A program made the position numbers and the translations under genes. A stretch of 64,000 nt of DNA from Candidatus Poribacteria bacterium (GTDB taxonomy: Bacteria > Poribacteria > WGA-4E > WGA-3G). The stretch is from assembly GCA_963663765.2 (NCBI GenBank), contig CAXXUA010000013.1, forward strand, positions 512,001 through 576,000. Direction: 5' to 3'. Positions 10,135 through 19,113 of this stretch are shown here, piece after piece (position 1 is the stretch's first letter; each line of letters begins with the position of its first letter). The notes under the pieces were generated by a model. It was not told the origin of the DNA. It saw nothing but the letters and a program-made list of their open reading frames with translations, and searched no databases.

Positions 10135-11076
10135 ATGAGATTGCCCATCTACCTTTCAAAACGACATTTAAAGAATTGCCGTAAGTATATAATAACGGTA
10201 ATAACAACTGCTTGTTATGTGTATAGCGGGTGTTGGTTATCAATTGAGATTTTGTCTCATTTCCGTCCTACATTTGAGCAATGGTCTCGTGGCAACCATC
10301 AAATGTTTGTGATCATTGTTTTGATAGGTTTAGTAATTGGCGTTTTTCACTTTCTTCAAAAATGTGTTAAAACGCTTGCAGTAAGTCACAAATTAGAAGG
10401 ACAAGATATTTCAATAGAAATCCGAGTCGGCAGTATTTTTAATGTTGATGGATCTTTCGTCATTAGTACAAATACAACGTTTGATACAGATATGTCGGAG
10501 GGTCCGATTACACCACGAAGTTTGCAAGGACAATTCACAAATAAATACTATAGCAATTCAGCTCACCTTGAACAAGATTTAACAAACGCCCTGAATAATG
10601 AAGAAAATGTTGTGTATAATAACGAGCAAACTGAAAAAACACAATATGAAGTCGGCACAGTGGTCAAAATATCTGTAGAAGAACAGATTGCCTATTTCGT
10701 TGCGATTGACGAAGTGAAAGAACTTTCAGGCATTGAAAGTTCACTTGATAATGTAAGAAAAGGTTTAGGAAGTCTTTGGTATTATGTTGGTAAACAAGGT
10801 GTATTAGATGCACTTGTAATACCTGTGTTAGGGACCGGGCATTCTGGAATTCCAGTGTCAAGGGAACAAATGATATTGGAAATAATTACATCGTTTATTG
10901 CGGGTTGTACTGAGAAAAAATTCTGTGAAGAACTGACAATAGTAATTTCAGAGGATGATTACCGAAAACATGATATTGCTTTAGAAGATTTAGGTTCTTA
11001 TCTTAAACTTTACTGCCGCGAAGTACATTTGAAAACGTACGACATTGTTTCCCCAGTAGATAATCCTATTTATTGA
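10135..11076 (+). CDS. thsA: Thoeris ThsA-like effector: two N-terminal TM helices plus Macro domain
   Basis: Two hydrophobic helices followed by IEIRVGSIF...NTTFDT...SLQGQF...YEVGTVV...IPVLGTG; 4 nt downstream of the TIR gene. Confidence 0.82.
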   Translation: MRLPIYLSKRHLKNCRKYIITVITTACYVYSGCWLSIEILSHFRPTFEQWSRGNHQMFVIIVLIGLVIGVFHFLQKCVKTLAVSHKLEGQDISIEIRVGSIFNVDGSFVISTNTTFDTDMSEGPITPRSLQGQFTNKYYSNSAHLEQDLTNALNNEENVVYNNEQTEKTQYEVGTVVKISVEEQIAYFVAIDEVKELSGIESSLDNVRKGLGSLWYYVGKQGVLDALVIPVLGTGHSGIPVSREQMILEIITSFIAGCTEKKFCEELTIVISEDDYRKHDIALEDLGSYLKLYCREVHLKTYDIVSPVDNPIY

Positions 11077-11294
11077 TGAGGGGTGTGCTCAAGTAATTCA
11101 ATGTCAAAGGTGTGTCTAAAGGTAGTAGGCATGTGACTGACAAGTGCTGAAATAGATTTAGATAGGCACAATAAATTGTGCACCTATAAAATCATTTCAG
11201 AATCAATAAGATACTCGAAATACGTAATTGTTTGTATTACAGCTTAGTATAATTATGCACACCTCTTAAATGAAAGTAACAGAAAGGAATATTT

Positions 11295-12782
11295 ATGAAT
11301 ATTACTGTTGAAACTGGTGATTTTCGCCAAACAGAAACTGACGCAATACTCATCCCAATACTTGAAGATGACATGCACAATGAATTACTCTTGATAGCAG
11401 ATGCTGCTTTAGAAGGACGCATCCAAGCATTTCTAAATCTGGGCGACTTCAAAGGAAAACCCAAGACATCAAGTGTGCTTTATACAAACGGTGCTATCAA
11501 GTCACCACGTATTATTCTGATAGGTTTGGGAAATTACGCAGAAATCACCGCAGAAAAGGTGCGTCAAGTCGCAGGATATACCGCACGTCAAGCGCGTGAT
11601 ATGGGACTAAAATCACTCACAATGCCACTCCCACCAGAAACACAAGACGATTGGACACAAGCAGCTGTTGAGGCAGCTCTCCTATCACTCTATGAGTTTA
11701 AAGAACACAAAACGCAATGTGACGACAAGGATGCTGAAGACAAATCGCTTGACTCATTGACATTTCTTGTTGGTAGCGATACAGAAAAGTCGTTAATAGA
11801 ACCCATCGTAGAACGTGGACGAACCATTGCAAACGGCACTATGCTTGCTCGCGATCTCAGCAATCAACCCGGGAACCATCTGACACCGACACAACTGGCT
11901 AAGAAAGCACAAGAGGTGGCTGAGGCAACGGGACTCAACTGCACAGTTTTTGACAAAGCAACCCTTGAGGAGAAAGGATTTCGCACACTGTTGGCTGTCG
12001 CACAAGGTAGCGCAGAAGAACCCCGGTTTATCATTTTGGAATACACACCTGAAGGTGAAGAACGTGATACCGTTGCCCTTGTAGGAAAAGGCATTACCTT
12101 TGATACGGGTGGAATTTCACTAAAGTCAGGTAAGGGTATGGACGAAATGAAGCACGATATGTCCGGTGCTGCAGCAGTTCTTGGTGCAATGCAAGTTATT
12201 GGACATATAAAACCGAACGTACGGGTTATCGGTGTGATAGCAACGACCGAGAACATGCCCGGATCAACTGCGATAAAGCCTGGAGATGTTGTCACCTCCT
12301 ACAGTGGCAAGACCATTGAGATTATGAATACCGATGCTGAAGGTCGGTTGATTTTGGCAGACGCGCTTGCATGGACTGCACAGTATGAACCCAACGGTGT
12401 CATAGACTTAGCCACACTCACTGGTGCTGTCATCGCGTGTCTTGGTCACATCGCAGCGGGGGCAATGGGAACAGATGACGCACTCATGGAAAAGGTGAAG
12501 AATGCTGCCGAAAAAACACACGAACGCGTATGGGAATTACCACTTTGGGAAGACTACGATGAAGGCGTTAAAAGTAAGGTTGCCGATGTGCAGAACATTG
12601 GTGATGGCACTGCTGGCACACTTGCAGGTGGCGCATTTCTGAAGAAATTTGCTGAAGGATACCCCTGGGTACACTTGGATATTGCAGGCACTGCATGGGG
12701 TGTGAAGGGTTCAACATATATCCCTGAAACTGCTTCCGGATACGGAGTGCGGTTGTTAGTACAAATGATTGAAGACTGGTAG
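11295..12782 (+). CDS. pepA: Leucyl aminopeptidase (M17)
   Basis: VGKGITFDTGG, MKHDMSG, NTDAEGRL motifs. Confidence 0.96.
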   Translation: MNITVETGDFRQTETDAILIPILEDDMHNELLLIADAALEGRIQAFLNLGDFKGKPKTSSVLYTNGAIKSPRIILIGLGNYAEITAEKVRQVAGYTARQARDMGLKSLTMPLPPETQDDWTQAAVEAALLSLYEFKEHKTQCDDKDAEDKSLDSLTFLVGSDTEKSLIEPIVERGRTIANGTMLARDLSNQPGNHLTPTQLAKKAQEVAEATGLNCTVFDKATLEEKGFRTLLAVAQGSAEEPRFIILEYTPEGEERDTVALVGKGITFDTGGISLKSGKGMDEMKHDMSGAAAVLGAMQVIGHIKPNVRVIGVIATTENMPGSTAIKPGDVVTSYSGKTIEIMNTDAEGRLILADALAWTAQYEPNGVIDLATLTGAVIACLGHIAAGAMGTDDALMEKVKNAAEKTHERVWELPLWEDYDEGVKSKVADVQNIGDGTAGTLAGGAFLKKFAEGYPWVHLDIAGTAWGVKGSTYIPETASGYGVRLLVQMIEDW

Positions 12783-12828
12783 AATATTTACTTATGCAAG
12801 TATTATTCTTGAAACTCAATAGAAGACA

Positions 12829-13791
12829 TTGATGCAACTAAAAGAAAATAAAATTAAATATCTACAAACAGATATTTTCGCTTCAACTCAAAAAGATCTG
12901 TTTTTGTATTCACTCAGAAGCCAAGGTAAGTATAAATACGCGCGTTACAGAGGACTCCCACTGCGGTATGCTGGTGGGAAAAGTCTTGGGGTAGGGTATA
13001 TTTTAGAGCAAATCCCCAATAGATTGGAAAAACTTGTATCACCATTTATGGGGGGTGGTGCTGTTGAAATTGCATGTGCAAAAGAACTCAATATACCAGT
13101 TTGTGCTTATGACATCTTTGACATCCTCACCAACTATTGGCAAATTCAACTTTCTTCTGGCTGTGATTTAGCAGAGGAACTTGCACAATGGCAACCTACA
13201 AAAGAACAGTATACTGAGATAAAGAGTCACCTTAAAGCACATTGGACAGGTGAAAAACTCATCACCGATCCATTAGTATTAGCCTCACATTATTGGTTTA
13301 ATCACAATCTCTCTTACGGACCAGGTTTTCTCGGATGGATGTCAAAGATATATGAATCAGTTGAAAAATATGAACGGTCGCAGCTGATAGTGAGGAATTT
13401 CAGGTGTCCGAATTTGTCTGTCAAGACTGGACGATTTGAGGAAACGCTCCCATTACATACAGATGATTTTCTGTATTGCGACCCACCCTATTATCTTGAT
13501 GAAGGGGAAATGTTTCGTGGTATCTATCCGCAGCGAAACTTCCCTGTCCACCACAAGGGCTTTAACCATGTGTTGTTGCGTGATTTACTCCATAGTCACA
13601 ATTCAGGATTCGTCCTTTCATATAACGATTGCAATACAATCCGTAAATGGTATTCTGACTACAGAATCCTTGAAGTCGCATGGCAATACACTTTGGGACA
13701 AGGGGAAACACGGATTGGAAAAAATCGCAGCGAAAATGGCACAAACCATGTTAAGCGATCCCATGAACTATTGATTGTAAAGGATTATTAA
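12829..13791 (+). CDS. DNA adenine methyltransferase (Dam/D12 class), solitary
   Basis: LRYAGGKS, SPFMGGGAVE and catalytic DPPY motifs. Confidence 0.9.
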   Translation: MMQLKENKIKYLQTDIFASTQKDLFLYSLRSQGKYKYARYRGLPLRYAGGKSLGVGYILEQIPNRLEKLVSPFMGGGAVEIACAKELNIPVCAYDIFDILTNYWQIQLSSGCDLAEELAQWQPTKEQYTEIKSHLKAHWTGEKLITDPLVLASHYWFNHNLSYGPGFLGWMSKIYESVEKYERSQLIVRNFRCPNLSVKTGRFEETLPLHTDDFLYCDPPYYLDEGEMFRGIYPQRNFPVHHKGFNHVLLRDLLHSHNSGFVLSYNDCNTIRKWYSDYRILEVAWQYTLGQGETRIGKNRSENGTNHVKRSHELLIVKDY

Positions 13792-13794
13792 GTC

Positions 13795-15363
13795 TTAGCC
13801 TTCTGAACGGAGTTGAATGAGTTTATTGACGGCGTGGATATACGCCTTAGCACTTGCTTCAATAATATCTGTGCTTGCACCATGACCTGTAATGATGTGT
13901 CCGTTGTCTTGTACCTTCAGCGAGACTTCACCAATCGCATCTTCACCCTCTGTTACAGACCGAATCTGATAATCAATTAGATTGAGTTTGATTTTGACAA
14001 TTTGATTAATTGCTTTGAAGGCTGCATCAACAGGACCATCACCAGTAGATGCGTTTTCAACGATTCCCTCTTCCGTGCGAATACCGATAGTGGTTGTTGG
14101 TGAAATCTTCGTCCCACTAACAACTTGGATGTAATCCAATTCAAAAACTGAAGGTATCACTCGAATCTCGTCACTCATAATTGCTTCAAGATCGGCATCA
14201 TGTATCTCTTTTTTCTTATCCGCTAAACTTAGGAATCTTTCGTATACCTTCTCTAACTGCTCTTGATCCAGTTCATAGCCGAGTTCATTAAGTTTGTGTC
14301 TCAGGGCATTTCTACCGGAACGAGGGCTGAGTATGAGTTGACTCTCTTTCCAACCAATCTCTTGCGGGTCAATGATTTCAAATGTGACACGCGACTTGAT
14401 GATCCCATCCTGATGTATCCCAGAACTGTGTGCAAATGCATTTTCCCCAACGATAGCCTTATTCGGTTGCACAATAATCCCCATAGTCCGGCTGACTCGT
14501 CGACTAATTGGCACAATTTCTTTTGCATTAATTTCGGTATAATAACCCTTATAGTAATCTCGACGGGTTCGTATCGCCATCACCACCTCTTCTAAGGAGG
14601 TGTTCCCAGCACGTTCACCAAGACCGTTGATAGTGCACTCTACTTGCCTTGCCCCGTTCTCAATTGCGATAAGACTATTTGCAACAGCTAATCCCAAATC
14701 GTTATGGCAGTGAACACTAATGACTGCATCATCTATATTTGAAACGTTTTCCTTAATTCCTGCAATGAGTCCGCCAAATTCGGAGGGTACCGTCCAACCA
14801 ACAGTTTCAGGGATATTTACGACAGTTGCACCCTCAGCGATAGTTGCTTCAACCACTTTATAGAGATACGATAATTCAGTGCGACCCGCATCCATCGGTG
14901 AAAACTCAACTGTCGCATCAGGATGATCTTTGCATAAACTTTTTGCATAAGCGACAGCATCCACTGCCATTTCCAAAGTTCTTTCTGGAGTTGTTCGCGT
15001 AATGCGTTCCATGTGAATGTTTGATGTACCAACAAAGGTATGGATTCGGGCACGTTGTGCGTCCTGAATGGCTTTCCAAGCAGCCGTAATGTCTTTTTCG
15101 ACGACGCGTGAAAGCGCACAAATTTCTGGTCCCTTGACTTCATGCGCAATGCGTTGCACAGCATCAAAATCACCCGGAGACGAAATTGGAAATCCTGCTT
15201 CTATTACATCTACATTTAATCTTGCAAGGTGCTTGGCAATTTCAAACTTTTCTTCAATACCCAATGCAGCACCGGGTGTTTGTTCAGCGTCGCGGAGTGT
15301 TGTATCAAAAATGTAGACCTTTTCTTGGTTAGATGCGAAATCTTCCACGGTTGTGTCCTCCAA
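13795..15363 (-). CDS. leuA: 2-isopropylmalate synthase
   Basis: FDTTLRDAEQ, HCHNDLG, GERAGN, HSSGIHQDG, C-terminal regulatory domain GDGPVDA. Confidence 0.95.
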   Translation of the reverse strand: MEDTTVEDFASNQEKVYIFDTTLRDAEQTPGAALGIEEKFEIAKHLARLNVDVIEAGFPISSPGDFDAVQRIAHEVKGPEICALSRVVEKDITAAWKAIQDAQRARIHTFVGTSNIHMERITRTTPERTLEMAVDAVAYAKSLCKDHPDATVEFSPMDAGRTELSYLYKVVEATIAEGATVVNIPETVGWTVPSEFGGLIAGIKENVSNIDDAVISVHCHNDLGLAVANSLIAIENGARQVECTINGLGERAGNTSLEEVVMAIRTRRDYYKGYYTEINAKEIVPISRRVSRTMGIIVQPNKAIVGENAFAHSSGIHQDGIIKSRVTFEIIDPQEIGWKESQLILSPRSGRNALRHKLNELGYELDQEQLEKVYERFLSLADKKKEIHDADLEAIMSDEIRVIPSVFELDYIQVVSGTKISPTTTIGIRTEEGIVENASTGDGPVDAAFKAINQIVKIKLNLIDYQIRSVTEGEDAIGEVSLKVQDNGHIITGHGASTDIIEASAKAYIHAVNKLIQLRSEG

Positions 15364-15428
15364 AGATTAACACGTACATTGGCAATATAATATCTAAATC
15401 ATGAAAAACAATAAAAATAGTCTTTCTA

Positions 15429-16445
15429 TTATATCTCTCGTCCAACTGCAATAGCGATCGGTTTTAGTTCCTGCATGAGTTTTTGGAATTGATCTGGGAA
15501 CAGAGATTGTGCTCCGTCACCCGTCATAGAATTATCCGGGTCGTGATGCACTTCTAATAAGAGTCCATCTGCGCCGGCAGCGACCGACGCTTTTGTCATA
15601 TCACTCACGAGACCACGGATACCAGTACCGTGACTGGGATCAACGACAATCGGAAGATGACTTAATTGATGAATTACTGGCACTGCGTTAAGGTCAAGTG
15701 TATTACGTGTATGTGTTTCAAAGGTGCGGATTCCACGTTCACAGAGAATAACATCTGAATTCCCTTCAGAGAGTATATATTCTGCTGCAAGTAGCCACTC
15801 TTCAAATGTGGCAGACATGCCTCTCTTCAAGATGACTGGTTTCTTTGCGCGTCCCACTTCTCGCAACAGATAGAAATTGGTCATATTTCGTGTACCAAGT
15901 TGAAAAATATCGGTGTGTTCTCCGACCAGATCCACTTCATTCGGTGTCATTACTTCAGTGACGATGCCTAAGCCAGTTTCCTGTTTGGCGGTTACTAACA
16001 TCTTTAAAGCTTCTTCCCCAAAACCTTGGAAACTATAGGGACCGGTGCGAGGTTTAAAGGCACCACCTCTAATAAATTCTGCTCCAGCCTTTTTCACTTG
16101 TTTAGCAATAGTCACTATCTGTTCAGTACTTTCCACGGCACATGGTCCAGCCATCACTGAAAGTTTGCGTCCACCAATCTTGGTGCCATTGACAGCGATA
16201 ACCGTGGGAGTGCCTCTAAACTGACGACAGGCAAGTTTATAAGGAGCAGTGATTGGCATGGTCCTTTCAACGCCAGACATGGACTCCATCGGAATATCGC
16301 CTAACAATGTTTTGTCTCCTATTACACCGATGATGGTGCGTGTTTCGCCAATTGTTATCTGTGCTTTCAACCCTACACCTTCAATCCTCTTGACAATTGC
16401 GTTGATCTGATCAGAAGTTGCATCCGGTTTAGTAACGATTACCAT
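15429..16445 (-). CDS. aroF: 3-deoxy-7-phosphoheptulonate (DAHP) synthase, type I-beta with N-terminal regulatory domain
   Basis: AGPCAVES, RGGAFKPRT, LCERGIR, DPSHGTG motifs. Confidence 0.94.
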   Translation of the reverse strand: MVIVTKPDATSDQINAIVKRIEGVGLKAQITIGETRTIIGVIGDKTLLGDIPMESMSGVERTMPITAPYKLACRQFRGTPTVIAVNGTKIGGRKLSVMAGPCAVESTEQIVTIAKQVKKAGAEFIRGGAFKPRTGPYSFQGFGEEALKMLVTAKQETGLGIVTEVMTPNEVDLVGEHTDIFQLGTRNMTNFYLLREVGRAKKPVILKRGMSATFEEWLLAAEYILSEGNSDVILCERGIRTFETHTRNTLDLNAVPVIHQLSHLPIVVDPSHGTGIRGLVSDMTKASVAAGADGLLLEVHHDPDNSMTGDGAQSLFPDQFQKLMQELKPIAIAVGREI

Positions 16446-16501
16446 ATTCTTGAATTCCCTCCGACAACATCCGTTTGTAATTACAATGTTGGATAATTGA
16501 T

Positions 16502-16540
16502 AAAAAATAACCCAACATCGAAATACTCTCGACGCTGGGT
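16502..16540 (-). terminator. Intrinsic terminator (attenuator) upstream of the DAHP synthase gene
   Basis: Minus-strand RNA ACCCAGCGUCGA-GAGUAUU-UCGAUGUUGGGU then UAUUUUUU. The 12-bp stem has two G-U pairs that form only on the minus strand. Confidence 0.88.
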
Positions 16541-16586
16541 AGTGATGAATGAGACCAATTAATACATTTTCAATTGAACTTTAGAA

Positions 16587-16703
16587 CTAACACCACCTAC
16601 CGTCGGAGTACCTAAACGGGTACAACCGGAACGTAAACAACGTCCAAAGGTAAAATAAAAAACTAAATATTGTATAGATGGTAGTGTGTTCAAGCTTTTG
16701 CAT
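16587..16703 (-). CDS. Attenuator leader peptide MQKLEHTTIYTIFSFLFYLWTLFTFRLYPFRYSDGRWC (38 aa)
   Basis: Hand translation: ATG at 16703, TAG at 16589-16587, GAAGGT RBS. It has 6 Phe, 4 Tyr, 2 Trp and 5 Leu codons, and its 3' end is complementary to the terminator 5' arm. Confidence 0.85.
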   Translation of the reverse strand: MQKLEHTTIYTIFSFLFYLWTLFTFRLYPFRYSDGRWC

Positions 16704-16804
16704 TACAGAAAAACCTTCGTACCTAATTTTAAAGTACGTTCTCTATAAACATATTAACGTTCAACTAAACGATTCGTTTAAATAAAAATGAAATTATTTT
16801 TTAT

Positions 16805-16833
16805 ATTATAACATATTTACATTGTTAAGTCAA
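16805..16833 (-). promoter_or_regulatory. Sigma70 promoter of the leader-aroF-leuA transcript
   Basis: Minus strand TTGACT-17 nt-TATAAT with extended -10 TG. Confidence 0.75.
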
Positions 16834-16848
16834 CTATTATTAATATTG

Positions 16849-17357
16849 CAGGCATATTCAGTTCTAAGAGTTTTCTGTTATTGAGATTTACTGAAAGTTA
16901 ATACACAGGTTCGGTTTCCTAACCGAACTTTATACATCAATTTTAGATTATTGAAACATGAACATCGCTCTTTAGTCCCGTAGGGACGATATGTTTTTAG
17001 AAACGAATACCCCCTAGTTCTTTAGTCTCGTAGGGACAATATGTTTATTCTTCTATGTCGTTCCTACGGAACTCAATTGGGGTTGAAAACATTTTCTATA
17101 AACATATCGTCCCTACGGGACTAAAGACATGGACAAGATGGTATCACATAAAATTAACGACATAGCAAAATATTATCAAAAATATTGAAAACTGAATAAC
17201 CCTGTTATCATAGCGTCTAATTTGAGAATAGAAATGACTATATCAGCAATCTGTCAGAATAATTTATATGCACAATCTGCCAGAATGTGCTACAACTACA
17301 CGCACAATCTGGCAGAATGTCTATTATTGGCGAAGGTATTGAAACTGAATAACCCTG
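16849..17357. mobile_element. Composite MITE: family B element (16849-17204) + captured family A right half + second B right end, with 9-bp TSD
   Basis: Ends CAGGCATATTCAGTT / AACTGAATAACCCTG; TTAATATTG on both sides (16840-16848, 17358-17366); internal CTTTAGTCCCGTAGGGACGATATGTTT inverted repeats; close copy at 44579-44938. Confidence 0.75.
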
Positions 17358-17522
17358 TTAATATTGTTTCCAGGGAGTGTAAAGTTCTTCGCATGGTATT
17401 ATAGGATTCAAATTGCTATATCGGGTTGAAAACCCCTCCTACAAGAAAGTTGCTCCTTAAGTTCACACCAATAGGTATCGCAAACTTAACCCAAGCTACA
17501 TTAAATTTTTGCTGTTTCAATT

Positions 17523-18764
17523 TTATCCTACGCCAACCACAACGCGGTGATACCGTTTTTTACCAGCACGAAGAAGCAATGCATTTTCTTCCAAAAGTCT
17601 TGCATCAACGACAGTATCTATTGCTTTATACTGTTTCTCATTGATGTATGCTCCACCTTGTTGAATTAAACGGCGCGCTTCACTTTTTGATGTGGATAAA
17701 CCGACTTCATGAAACAATTCTATGATTGGAATCCCCGCATTCAGTCTTTCAATTGGGATGTTAGTAGTTGGCATCGCATCAAGATCAGGTCCACCCCCAC
17801 CGAAAGCGGCACGTGAAGTTGCTTGTGCTTTTTCTGCTTCATCTTTACCGTGAGCCAGTTTTGTCGCTTGGTATGCAAGCATCGCTTTTGCTTCTCGTAT
17901 CTCATCATGTTCTAACCTTCCAAGCCGTCTCACTTCATCCATTGGCAAAAAGGTAAAATATGCTAAGAACCGCTCAACATCCCGATCATCAACGTTGATC
18001 CAATACTGATAGAATTGATAGGGTGAAGTGCGGTTAGCATCAAGCCATATTGCCCCCCCAGCAGTTTTTCCCATTTTGGCACCACCAGCAGTTGTAAGAA
18101 GTGGAAAAGTCAACCCATGAACGCGTTCACCCTCAATCCTACGCACCAGATCGACACCTGCCAGAATATTACCCCATTGATCGTCACCACCAAGTTGAAG
18201 GACGCACTGATATTCTTGGAAAAGGGATAAATAATCGTAAGCTTGCAGCAACTGGTAATTGAATTCAAGGAATGAAAGTCCCATTTCACGTTCAAGTCTC
18301 TGTCTATATCCCTCGGCACGTATCATTTCGTTAACGCGGAAATGCTTACCAATATCTCGTAGAAACTCAATGTAATTTAGTGAAAGCAACCATTCTGCGT
18401 TGTTTAAAAAAAGTCCCGCAGTATTATCTAATTCAAGATAACGTTGTAGCTGTTTGAGGATACTTGCACCGTTTTCTTCAACTTCTGCTGCAGAGATCAT
18501 GGGACGCATTTCAGTTTTATCGGATGGGTCACCAATCAACGTAGTACCACCACCGATAATTGCTATCGGTTTATGTCCAGCGCGTTGTAAATGTGCCATC
18601 GCCATAATTGGCACAAGGCTACCAGCATGCAAACTATCTGCAGTCGGATCAAAACCTACATAATAGGTAATCTGTTTGTTTGACAGCAATTGTGAGATGT
18701 TTTCTTCATTAGTACACTGTTGAACGAATCCGCGTTCCTTTAGTGCTTCAAAGACATTTGACAT
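17523..18764 (-). CDS. tyrS: Tyrosine--tRNA ligase
   Basis: GFDPTADSLHAGS (HIGH-like), QLGGDDQWGNI, KMGKT, C-terminal S4 domain. Confidence 0.96.
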   Translation of the reverse strand: MSNVFEALKERGFVQQCTNEENISQLLSNKQITYYVGFDPTADSLHAGSLVPIMAMAHLQRAGHKPIAIIGGGTTLIGDPSDKTEMRPMISAAEVEENGASILKQLQRYLELDNTAGLFLNNAEWLLSLNYIEFLRDIGKHFRVNEMIRAEGYRQRLEREMGLSFLEFNYQLLQAYDYLSLFQEYQCVLQLGGDDQWGNILAGVDLVRRIEGERVHGLTFPLLTTAGGAKMGKTAGGAIWLDANRTSPYQFYQYWINVDDRDVERFLAYFTFLPMDEVRRLGRLEHDEIREAKAMLAYQATKLAHGKDEAEKAQATSRAAFGGGGPDLDAMPTTNIPIERLNAGIPIIELFHEVGLSTSKSEARRLIQQGGAYINEKQYKAIDTVVDARLLEENALLLRAGKKRYHRVVVGVG

Positions 18765-19113
18765 GGATGAATGTTCCTTCCAAGAATATAACCGTTTTTT
18801 AATAAAATACCATAGATGCGTTGGTTTGTCAAATCTGTTTGTTATGGGGTTGTGGGGAAGTGTGACGTTCTTGGCATGATGTAGCCTGTATCACGGATTA
18901 CACCAAATCAAAGACATGAAGACATTTTGGCATTCCCCAAATTACGCAGATTTCGCGGATAAAACCTCTACATCTAATCGTATTCCATAGATAACGTTTA
19001 TTCTATGCAATAAGTTATCATGCAAGTGTCTTATTGATTTTCTAACAACAATATTTGATTATATGGTAAACTACAATTCAAACACTGTGTATCAAACGAA
19101 ATGTATCATGAGA

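Noticed and set aside
16970-17130. Repeated CTTTAGTCCCGTAGGGACGATATGTTT as a mini-CRISPR
   Set aside because: Copies occur in both orientations as nested inverted repeats and the whole block recurs at 44700-44860. This is REP/MITE structure.
18765-18900. T-box riboswitch upstream of tyrS
   Set aside because: No T-box consensus or terminator. A TTGACA-17-TATTTT promoter lies close to the start, leaving no room for a long leader.
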